DNA from: a virus
DNA length: 64,000 bases
IMG/VR virus record: IMGVR_UViG_3300024255_000001
Strand: one strand, 5' to 3'
Shown here: positions 49,772-57,785 of the stretch, piece by piece
Layout of the letters: each line of letters begins with the position of its first letter
Numbering within the stretch: position 1 is the first letter of the stretch
Position numbers and translations under genes: made by a program
The notes under the pieces: model-generated
Databases searched by the model: none
What the model was told of the DNA's origin: nothing
The model's input: only the letters and a program-made list of their open reading frames with translations

Positions 49772-50668
49772 TTATTTATCTGTTTCAATTTCTTGTCCCC
49801 AATCTCTATAAGAATCTGTTAACAATTTTGTGTTAATATCTTTTGGTTTGGGATCTCCACCCACATTCCAAAACCAGGCACCAGGACTTCCATGCTTTGT
49901 CATAAACTCCCAAGCCTTCGCATCGTAATTCATAGCCGATGGAAATGGTGGATTATATTGTGGGTCTACATCTTGTGTAAATGCTTTTGGATGTGACCAA
50001 ATAGTTGCAATACCTCTTTCGCCCTTCTTAATATTTCTTGCTACTGCAACTCCATTAAACTTAGCATCAGGCCAAGCTATTTGTAAAGAGCGTTGTAGAA
50101 CGCCAGTGGATATTGCTGACCATACTTCTTCTGGATAACCATGTTTCTCTGCAAGATCATGTGCGACCTTCACAGCGGCTGCTGTAACCAATTCATGGCG
50201 AAGTCCTAAAGGAATAAAAAATGCATTGTTTGACTCTGCCCATTTCTTAGCGTGAGCATTTAAGACTGGCATTGCTGCAATTCTCTTAAATTTCATTTCA
50301 GCTCCCATCTCAACACAAATGGCTTGATGGTCTGAAATCTCTTTTTGACTTGGACTAAATAGTACAAGTTTCTTATTATACTTCTTTGCTAAATAAGCAA
50401 GTGAGATACCTGCAAATCCATATCTAGGTTGGACATAGACTAGAGTATCTTGTTTACAAGTACTAACTAGAATATCTCCAAATCTACACTTAGAACCAAA
50501 ACCCATTAGGTCTTCTCTGACTACTTTAAATCCATCATGGTCTACTAATTGTGGAGCCTCAAATGGATCTTGCCAATCACCTGCTAAATCCAACCATGCC
50601 TGTTTGTTCGGCATCATCAGATTTAGATCCTGGTTCATAAGTAATTCTGTGTGGTTATTATGCGCCAT
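49772..50668 (-). CDS. PLP-dependent enzyme, fold type II
   Basis: VVREDL..GSK (Schiff-base Lys), SAISTG, YDAKAW, FWNVGG. Confidence 0.75.
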   Translation of the reverse strand: MAHNNHTELLMNQDLNLMMPNKQAWLDLAGDWQDPFEAPQLVDHDGFKVVREDLMGFGSKCRFGDILVSTCKQDTLVYVQPRYGFAGISLAYLAKKYNKKLVLFSPSQKEISDHQAICVEMGAEMKFKRIAAMPVLNAHAKKWAESNNAFFIPLGLRHELVTAAAVKVAHDLAEKHGYPEEVWSAISTGVLQRSLQIAWPDAKFNGVAVARNIKKGERGIATIWSHPKAFTQDVDPQYNPPFPSAMNYDAKAWEFMTKHGSPGAWFWNVGGDPKPKDINTKLLTDSYRDWGQEIETDK

Positions 50669-51887
50669 AAAATTCTGCTACTTTTTTCTTATATGCTTCT
50701 ACTGTTATACCAGCTTCTGCAATTATTTTATCATCGGAAGGATGGTGTTTCATTCCATTAAATGTTTCTACTAGCCCTAAGTCTAACATTGCTTTTTGTC
50801 TACCGAATGGATGGTCTTTAATTACTGAAGAATTCCAAACTCCGTCCATATCAATATGTGCGTAGTCAGCTCCTGGTCTCATATAGTTTTCAATCCATCT
50901 AATAAAGTCACATGCTACATCTTCTGCGTTATACGGCAGAGAGCCTGTTTGTTCATATATTTTAGTCATCACTGCATCTAGAAAAGGTTCTGATTTCTTA
51001 CCCTTGCCTTCTACAGGATCTGCTAGATAACCAATACATTCTATTGCATTCGTACCATAGTAGAACATTGAGTCCTTATTAACATACTGTGGAAACCAAT
51101 CTGCTACATCTGCTAAGACTGCTGCATATTGGAATTTATATTGTCTTAATCCGTTTGCAACATTCCAATCAAACATCCATTGGCCCAATTCTCTTAGGTC
51201 TTTCTTACCACCCTCTTCTAAGAACTTAGCCATATCTCTAGCTAAGCGTGGTGCAAATTCACATAGGAAATAATCACCGCCTCTCTTGTAAGTAAACTGA
51301 GGGCCTTCGAACCCCGTCATCCCAACAAAGACTTCCTCGTTTTGCTGTGGAATTGGGGGTTTTGGGAATGCTGGGAATTGATACCCAACTGAAGTGTAGA
51401 ATGGCTTGGTTGCTGCCTTAACCTGCTCACACATTTGTTCTATAGAATCAGATTGCCACAAGTCGAATAGTAGCGTGTTGTGATAGCCGCTAGGCTTGGT
51501 AGCATAGTTAATTGCAGATCCACATACTCTATGCAGTATGAATAAGTAGAGCCATTCTGGTAGGCCGAAGACATCTTGTTTACCAGTCCAGTTGGTAGCG
51601 ACTTCCTTGCGCTGTTCCGTAACTAAACCAGCCTGCATTCTTGGCCAATACGGATGTGCTTCAGTCCAACCGTAAAAAGCATCATTCACGATTTGACTAA
51701 ACCCAGCATACTTCCTTTCAACCACATCATACAGCTCGATATGTTCCATCAGCGGATCGTCCATCCTGGACTCGGCATGTGGAATATGGCCTAGGTTACT
51801 CTTTTTCTGCTGGTCTAAGGCTAACTCATAATACCTGATAAACTCATCATAGTATTTAGTAGTCTTAATTTTACACGTCGTACTCAT
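50658..51887 (-). CDS. putative aGPT-Pplase-like (amino acid:DNA transferase-like) base-modification protein
   Basis: DDPLM...YDVVERKY resembles the DPIL...NVxR motif; helical; overlaps the PLP gene; assignment by recall only. Confidence 0.45.
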   Translation of the reverse strand: MSTTCKIKTTKYYDEFIRYYELALDQQKKSNLGHIPHAESRMDDPLMEHIELYDVVERKYAGFSQIVNDAFYGWTEAHPYWPRMQAGLVTEQRKEVATNWTGKQDVFGLPEWLYLFILHRVCGSAINYATKPSGYHNTLLFDLWQSDSIEQMCEQVKAATKPFYTSVGYQFPAFPKPPIPQQNEEVFVGMTGFEGPQFTYKRGGDYFLCEFAPRLARDMAKFLEEGGKKDLRELGQWMFDWNVANGLRQYKFQYAAVLADVADWFPQYVNKDSMFYYGTNAIECIGYLADPVEGKGKKSEPFLDAVMTKIYEQTGSLPYNAEDVACDFIRWIENYMRPGADYAHIDMDGVWNSSVIKDHPFGRQKAMLDLGLVETFNGMKHHPSDDKIIAEAGITVEAYKKKVAEFYGA

Positions 51888-52053
51888 TCACTTCTAGTAT
51901 TTCCCAATTTAAGGCTCTCCGGTTTCTTTGATATTGTTCCATCGACCATTCAATATTGTCTGTTGTCAACTCAATATTATATGGAGCATCTCCGCGACCG
52001 AAAGTTTTTTCTATTGCAAGATTAGGTGTTATTTTAATTTTATATGTTTTCAT
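51871..52053 (-). CDS. small hypothetical protein
   Basis: 60 aa, WSMEQYQRNR motif. Confidence 0.55.
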   Translation of the reverse strand: MKTYKIKITPNLAIEKTFGRGDAPYNIELTTDNIEWSMEQYQRNRRALNWEILEVNEYDV

Positions 52054-52226
52054 ATTTGGTTGCCAAGTATCTGTCTCGTATTTAATTCAGAAGCTATTGT
52101 AGCCGCTGCCGATAACAGATGATTAAGGTTATGCTTTAATAAACTATCAGAGATATTCTCATCTCCATAAGTCTGTAAACTATTATGTGCAATTTCTACA
52201 CTTTGTTTAATACCGTTTATATCCAT
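52050..52226 (-). CDS. small hypothetical protein (58 aa)
   Basis: Manual translation MDINGIKQSVEIAH...; ATGA overlap with the next gene. Confidence 0.5.
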   Translation of the reverse strand: MDINGIKQSVEIAHNSLQTYGDENISDSLLKHNLNHLLSAAATIASELNTRQILGNQI

Positions 52227-52236
52227 GTTATTATTT

Positions 52237-52401
52237 TTAATTATTCCATCTTCTTAAGATATTCCAAACAATTAATATATTACAAATTATAGCTTGTAAT
52301 ACAATAAGTGTCCTAAACACCGCAACAGCATCTGCCTTTTTATCGTCCTCTCCGGCTTTTTCACCAAGCGCTCTTGCCCAGTACTTCCAAAGCTTTTTCA
52401 T
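52237..52401 (-). CDS. small membrane protein of marine T4-like phages (54 aa)
   Basis: Manual translation MKKLWKYWARALGEKAGEDDKKADAVAVFRT...RRW; one hydrophobic helix. Confidence 0.65.
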   Translation of the reverse strand: MKKLWKYWARALGEKAGEDDKKADAVAVFRTLIVLQAIICNILIVWNILRRWNN

Positions 52402-52403
52402 TT

Positions 52404-53480
52404 TTAGAAAAGTGCTTGAGTTACTGGCTTTAATTTCTGATTGGGTTCATCTTTTGCTAAATCCCAACGATAATACTCACGAGCGATATGAACTGACTTA
52501 GGCTTTTCCATTACGTCAAATGTTAACTCTCCAAAAGAGTTTAAAAAGACTGTTGGGTGTTGCCATGTTGACCATCCATTTCTCTCGCACATTGCTTCTA
52601 CTAACTTGTTAAATTCTTTTACAAGTTCAGTTCTCTCTGCCCAAGTACCAGCAAAAGGAGTACCTTTATAGTAGCCGGTTTTTGGTAGAGGTCTAGACTC
52701 ATTCTCAATTGGAAGAGCCTGAATAACTTCAATATTTTCGATTTCTAAATCGATTAATTGTTTTTCATAATTAGATACCATATCCTTTAAAGATTTCGAT
52801 GGATTATCTTGTCTCATTAGGTGGTGTCTTATATCTATATTCCCTAGATATATGCGTAGTGTTGTAATATTTTCTGGTACATAAGATCTAATACCTCTTC
52901 TTAAAGTTCCAAAAAGAGTTAGGCCATCATGTCTATCAGTCATATAACCAGGTGTATATTGGCTAAAACTATGCGAGTCTCCAAAACAGAGTTTATCTGT
53001 ATTTTGTATTCTATCTACTTTAGGAATACTAGCACATATTGCCTTAGCGTCTTCTATTTGTGTCTCAAGTGTTTTAAAAAGATCTGAACCTGTCTTTAAA
53101 CGTTTCTCAATTAGAGTACCTACACAAGGCATATCATGGTGGAGCGAATACATTCGTATACCGGGAGCGAACATTCTAATGATTTGATGGTATAAGTCAT
53201 CGTTCGCCCCACCGAAGATATTAAAATTGCCTTTAAATTCCATTCCGTGTTCAATAAGAATCACGTCGAAATCGTCTGCCTTCCAAGCTGAGCTATCTGT
53301 AATTACAGAAACACTGAAGTAACCAGCATGTTTTAATTGATTTGCTAGATGGAATGCCCATCCAGATTTATGTGAAGTTAGTTTGCTACTAAGTTTTCCA
53401 ACTAGTGCAGAAATACCGACACGTATATTAGTGTCTTTCTCTAGATCTGAAAAATAGACTAGGTTATTATTTGTCTCCAT
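52404..53480 (-). CDS. SGNH/GDSL-like hydrolase/acyltransferase-fold protein
   Basis: FGDSH (block I), LGNID (block III), SVH (block V). Confidence 0.5.
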   Translation of the reverse strand: METNNNLVYFSDLEKDTNIRVGISALVGKLSSKLTSHKSGWAFHLANQLKHAGYFSVSVITDSSAWKADDFDVILIEHGMEFKGNFNIFGGANDDLYHQIIRMFAPGIRMYSLHHDMPCVGTLIEKRLKTGSDLFKTLETQIEDAKAICASIPKVDRIQNTDKLCFGDSHSFSQYTPGYMTDRHDGLTLFGTLRRGIRSYVPENITTLRIYLGNIDIRHHLMRQDNPSKSLKDMVSNYEKQLIDLEIENIEVIQALPIENESRPLPKTGYYKGTPFAGTWAERTELVKEFNKLVEAMCERNGWSTWQHPTVFLNSFGELTFDVMEKPKSVHIAREYYRWDLAKDEPNQKLKPVTQALF

Positions 53481-53799
53481 ATCCAGCGTTTGCGTCAGTT
53501 AAATTAATTGGCTTTTCAGTTTCACCATAGCCATACTTCTTAATATAATTGTCAAGACCGCCGATGTATGCGACAGCATCTAGAAGATTATCTTCTTTAT
53601 AGTTGTAAGAATGTCTGCTTAATTTAAGTGCGACAAGCGCTGCATACATATCGGAACCTGACCATTCTTTACCGGTCATTCCTGAACAGATCATCGCGGC
53701 ACGTCTCATGCCTTCTTCGAAAGGACCGTACATACGTTCTTTCTCTTCGGATCTGTTGTTAATAATTTCGTCTGCTGTTTTTAGAATGTTCTTGCTCAT
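53467..53799 (-). CDS. DUF6378-like protein (nucleotide-modification associated)
   Basis: ILKTADEII..R...YG....LKLSR...DNLLDAVAY. Confidence 0.65.
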   Translation of the reverse strand: MSKNILKTADEIINNRSEEKERMYGPFEEGMRRAAMICSGMTGKEWSGSDMYAALVALKLSRHSYNYKEDNLLDAVAYIGGLDNYIKKYGYGETEKPINLTDANAGYGDK

Positions 53800-53823
53800 A
53801 AAATAACTAATTAAATCTTAATT

Positions 53824-53852
53824 ATTATAGAGAAGAATGCTAGTTTGTTTCA
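53824..53852 (-). promoter_or_regulatory. putative middle promoter TGAAAC-N17-TATAAT
   Basis: Heads the DUF6378-to-polymerase gene run. Confidence 0.65.
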
Positions 53853-54536
53853 CTAATTAATATTAATATGGACAATAACTTCGTTGTAGTATTCTAGGAA
53901 ACGTTCGTTCCATAGGTTCCATTTAATATCAGTACCATCTATTGCATAAATTTCATGGTTAGGGAAAAGTTTAAGATATAAATCTCTGAACTGTCTGAAT
54001 TTTTCTTTAGTCTCTGGTGTGTTTAAATGCCACTCTCCGACTACAAAATCTACATTATCTTTTATCCAAAATAAATTATCGACGTTAAAAATATCATATT
54101 CTCCTCCTTCGCAATCTGTTTTTAAGAAGTTAATTCTATCAATATTATTTTCTTTTATTAGGGTATCGAACCTAATAGATGGTATTTCTATATTTTGTCC
54201 ATTAGCACCAAATACTTCACTAATAGTAATAGTACCATCTACTGGTCCGATACCCTTTTCAATAATGGTTACATTATCTTGGTACACATTTTCCTTTAGA
54301 GTCTCATGTTCTAAATGAGATGGCTCTACGCAAATAACTTGTTTTGGATCTTTATTAAGAATACTATATGTAAATGGACCGATGCTTGCTCCTATATCTA
54401 AAACCACATCATCGGCTTTTACCTCTCTAACCTGTTCATAACATTTATCAATAAAGATCTCTTGAACTAAAGAGTTTTTATGCATTTTAGCTAGATTGGT
54501 AAATTCGTCCATCCAGCCCCATTTAAAAATAGCCAT
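53853..54536 (-). CDS. FkbM-family SAM-dependent methyltransferase
   Basis: VLDIGASIG, VEP, FLKTDCEGGE, GEWH. Confidence 0.88.
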   Translation of the reverse strand: MAIFKWGWMDEFTNLAKMHKNSLVQEIFIDKCYEQVREVKADDVVLDIGASIGPFTYSILNKDPKQVICVEPSHLEHETLKENVYQDNVTIIEKGIGPVDGTITISEVFGANGQNIEIPSIRFDTLIKENNIDRINFLKTDCEGGEYDIFNVDNLFWIKDNVDFVVGEWHLNTPETKEKFRQFRDLYLKLFPNHEIYAIDGTDIKWNLWNERFLEYYNEVIVHININ

Positions 54537-54558
54537 ATAATTTTATTGGTATTATCTA

Positions 54559-54587
54559 GTTATACTCAAGAATGCTAGTTTGTTTCT
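54559..54587 (-). promoter_or_regulatory. putative middle promoter AGAAAC-N17-TATAAC
   Basis: Shares 19 identical bp with the promoter at 53833-53851. Confidence 0.65.
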
Positions 54588-55272
54588 AGAGTTCGTAGAT
54601 AACCGGGACTCCATTTTCAATACAAAGATACTCGTAAGGAAGTGTATCAATAAAATAGTGGTTATCGTCATAGTCAATTAGATGCATGTGTGTATGTCCT
54701 ACGATTTGAATCCAAGACTCATGAAGAGGAGAACTTTTTAGAGATCTAGGGCGAATCCACATTGGACCTTCTCCTGGATCGTCACCGTAAATATTCTTAC
54801 CCCCATGATTAAAAGACCTCTTATCGTAGGACCAAAGCTCATTAACTTGATCTGCAATATCACCCAATCTACTATTATCTGGAAATACAGACTCGTACCA
54901 TTCTTTAGAAATACCAGCATGTGAAAATAGGTATCTACCAGAAGAATATGCAACTTGTAAATGGTGTTTATTTTCTTTTAATAGTTCACTAATTTCTGGA
55001 GCGAACATATAGTTATAGCCGCCATATCGGCCACCACACTCTGACATATAATGGAAATCGTGATTACCAATTAACATAGTAACTTTAATCTTTGATGCTT
55101 CTTTCCACTCAATAATCTCTTTAAAATTAAAGATCTGCTCAGCATGTGAAACAGAGAACGAGTCAAAGTAATCACCAATGAATACAAACTCAGTAGCATC
55201 ACCATGTGTTTGCATAATTCGCTTCCATGAATCATGTCCATGAATATCTCCAATAACTACTATTTTACTCAT
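54586..55272 (-). CDS. calcineurin-like metallophosphoesterase
   Basis: GDIHG, GDYFD, GNHD, SHAG, VGHT. Confidence 0.9.
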   Translation of the reverse strand: MSKIVVIGDIHGHDSWKRIMQTHGDATEFVFIGDYFDSFSVSHAEQIFNFKEIIEWKEASKIKVTMLIGNHDFHYMSECGGRYGGYNYMFAPEISELLKENKHHLQVAYSSGRYLFSHAGISKEWYESVFPDNSRLGDIADQVNELWSYDKRSFNHGGKNIYGDDPGEGPMWIRPRSLKSSPLHESWIQIVGHTHMHLIDYDDNHYFIDTLPYEYLCIENGVPVIYEL

Positions 55273-55426
55273 CGTCTTTATTTTTATGTTTATTCTTTCT
55301 TGAGTACTTAGTTTTATCTGATACTGTTTGTTGTGTCATCTTCTTAGAAATATGATGCGCAGCCTCACCCGGAGACCATCCTCCGTTGAAGTCTAATTTG
55401 TCATCATGTTTCTTTTTCTTGTTCAT
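55265..55426 (-). CDS. small basic protein (53 aa)
   Basis: Manual translation MNKKKKHDDKLDFNGGW...KTKYSRKNKHKNKDDE. Confidence 0.5.
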   Translation of the reverse strand: MNKKKKHDDKLDFNGGWSPGEAAHHISKKMTQQTVSDKTKYSRKNKHKNKDDE

Positions 55427-55430
55427 CACA

Positions 55431-55475
55431 GTACTAATATAATAAAAAAGCCTGACATAAAAAAATATCAGGCTA
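55431..55475 (-). promoter_or_regulatory. putative early promoter TATGTCAG-N10-TATATTAGTAC overlapping a terminator hairpin
   Basis: Second copy of the 21724 motif; agcctga/tcaggct stem with T-run. Confidence 0.55.
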
Positions 55476-55498
55476 ATTATTTTGTAAAAAGTTTGTCC

Positions 55499-57217
55499 TT
55501 ATAGTGGCCAAATCATGGATGTGCCTGCATCATACCATTCACTATACCACCCTTTTTTATTAAGTTCCTTTTCCCACTTGTTATCTACACCAAACGTTCT
55601 GTTCTTGTAGTCTTCAGAGTAGTAGTCATAAATTACTCTACCCTTATACTCGTCCATATTTTCACCTGAAACCCAGATACCACCTTGAGAACCGTTAAAC
55701 TCTTCAGTAGTTCTTACAAAGTCCATATACTTTTCGATCCACTTAATCATAGCATCTCTATCCAGTTTCTTTTCGGTAACCAATGATTCTGCAAATGCTT
55801 CAATATCCCATTGAATTCTTTGCATTACATCTTCACCTCTAAATTCTTTCTTAGCCCATTGTAATAGACCTGGTTCATGTTTAGCATTTTGTGCCATATC
55901 GAATGCATTCTTCCAACCATCATTAGAAGCTACATCTTCAATCCATTGATCGTATTTCTTTCTATTCCATCTTACTGTCTTAACAGCTTTCTTGTGTGGT
56001 CCGTCTCCTAATGTAGAAGTGGCAGCGTCATAAGAACCTGGAATAAAAACTCCTAAGTCTTTACCGTCACCATATTTAATCTCTTTTCTAAATCTTCTTA
56101 AAGAATATTCACCACCTTCAATTTGCTTTCTTCTTGAAACTTCTCCCTGAGATGTACCGATTGCAATCTTCATATCTTCAGCTTTCTTTGGATCAGTTTC
56201 AAAATGTAAATCTCTTACTGCGTTTTCAAGTAAGGCCTCTTCATAAATTTTGGAGTCTGTCGCCTCTGACATCATTTCCTCTTGAGCGAACTTGTTATAC
56301 TCTTTTGACCACTTCTTCCATTCAGCATCAGTAGCATAGTCTTCTAATACATCGACTACATCTTTATTACCTTTTTGTTCGATAACTTGATCTGCAATCC
56401 ATCTACCTGCTTTTGCGTTTAAGTAGTAAAGTGCTCCGGCATCAGAGAATTTGTAAGCTTCAGTTAACCATGCCATTGCAGAATGCCAACAGTCTTCAAT
56501 ATCTTTACGTCTAAAACCAGCAGTATCTAATGTACCCCAAAAACCATAGGATTCATTAACATCATCAATTGAATATTGATTTTTCTTACCAAACTTAAAT
56601 GCCTCGCTAACCAATGATTCACTTACAAATAAATTAAACTGTGTATATAGATTAAAGTTTTCCATCTCTAATTTCTTTTTTGTTTTATCTTTCTTAGTCT
56701 CTTCCTCGTCATCATCAATATCTGCGACAGCAGGAACATCACCAGAACCTACACCACCATCAGAAGGTAGAACCACAGGGCCCATACCGCCTATATTAGC
56801 ACTAGGTGTAATATTTTGTGCTGCAAGTGCAACATTTTCATCTACTGCAACACCTCGCTTTTTTAAGATCTTTTCAATTTCTTGGTAAGCTTTCTTGTAT
56901 TCCGATTTAGAGTAGTGCATTCCTTTAGCATAGTTAGCATAACCATCTAATGCTCCATTATACATTCCTAGTAATTCTTCATCTGACATACTATTATTAA
57001 ATACAAACGGGCCAATAAATGCTTCATCTACCGTCTCTGGTAAATTATCATGTTTTGTTGAAGCGTATTTCTTTAGATCTTTCTTTGTCATTTCGTCTGA
57101 TAATGATTTTACTTTGTCTCTGTAAGCTGGGTCGATGTCTGAGATTTCCATGTCGCCGGATTTAACAGCGTATGCCATTCCCATTAATCTTTGTTGTGAC
57201 TTACTTACAGAAGGCAT
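55499..57217 (-). CDS. modular protein with N-terminal DUF3008-like domain, probable internal head polyprotein
   Basis: MPSVSKSQQRLMGMAYAVK...ASTKH; repeated VDE/VSE/VNE/LLE/VTE linkers. Confidence 0.55.
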   Translation of the reverse strand: MPSVSKSQQRLMGMAYAVKSGDMEISDIDPAYRDKVKSLSDEMTKKDLKKYASTKHDNLPETVDEAFIGPFVFNNSMSDEELLGMYNGALDGYANYAKGMHYSKSEYKKAYQEIEKILKKRGVAVDENVALAAQNITPSANIGGMGPVVLPSDGGVGSGDVPAVADIDDDEEETKKDKTKKKLEMENFNLYTQFNLFVSESLVSEAFKFGKKNQYSIDDVNESYGFWGTLDTAGFRRKDIEDCWHSAMAWLTEAYKFSDAGALYYLNAKAGRWIADQVIEQKGNKDVVDVLEDYATDAEWKKWSKEYNKFAQEEMMSEATDSKIYEEALLENAVRDLHFETDPKKAEDMKIAIGTSQGEVSRRKQIEGGEYSLRRFRKEIKYGDGKDLGVFIPGSYDAATSTLGDGPHKKAVKTVRWNRKKYDQWIEDVASNDGWKNAFDMAQNAKHEPGLLQWAKKEFRGEDVMQRIQWDIEAFAESLVTEKKLDRDAMIKWIEKYMDFVRTTEEFNGSQGGIWVSGENMDEYKGRVIYDYYSEDYKNRTFGVDNKWEKELNKKGWYSEWYDAGTSMIWPL

Positions 57218-57218
57218 A

Positions 57219-57773
57219 TTATTTTGCGTCTATTTGGATATATTCTGAATCTCTGATTTCAAGATTATTATTACCAACTTGGCTATCATATTCACCATAG
57301 ATAACATCCTTGCTATTTGCTAATGGAGAATTCATCATTCCAGTTTTATCAATCTTCTTGTATAACTTGTTACCGTTAACATCATCCGGGAAACCAACAT
57401 TAATTACCATCTCGTTGTACTTTGCGTAAGATATGTATAAAGCGCCAGAACCGTCTGAACTGTTTAATCCATTGATTTCATCAACTTTCCATTCTTCAGT
57501 TAAGTTAGCTGTTACAAATAATACTGACTCCATGTCTTTTGCTCCTTTTTCAACAGCATCTAAAATAATCTTTTCAGCATCTTTCTTAAAACCGCTCCAT
57601 TCTTTATTAACTTCTTTTAAAGTTGCAGCTGAATCTCCTTCATATTTAACTTTTGCAATTTCTTGTTTAAAGGCTTGCATTACTTTACCTATAATGCCTT
57701 TAGCCGCATAGATTCCTGTCATTCTATATGACTTTTCGTTTAAAAATTGTTCGAATGTTGGGATTGTTTTCAT
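57219..57773 (-). CDS. probable internal head protein
   Basis: N-terminal MKTIPTFEQFLNE. Confidence 0.55.
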   Translation of the reverse strand: MKTIPTFEQFLNEKSYRMTGIYAAKGIIGKVMQAFKQEIAKVKYEGDSAATLKEVNKEWSGFKKDAEKIILDAVEKGAKDMESVLFVTANLTEEWKVDEINGLNSSDGSGALYISYAKYNEMVINVGFPDDVNGNKLYKKIDKTGMMNSPLANSKDVIYGEYDSQVGNNNLEIRDSEYIQIDAK

Positions 57774-57785
57774 ATCTCTATTATA

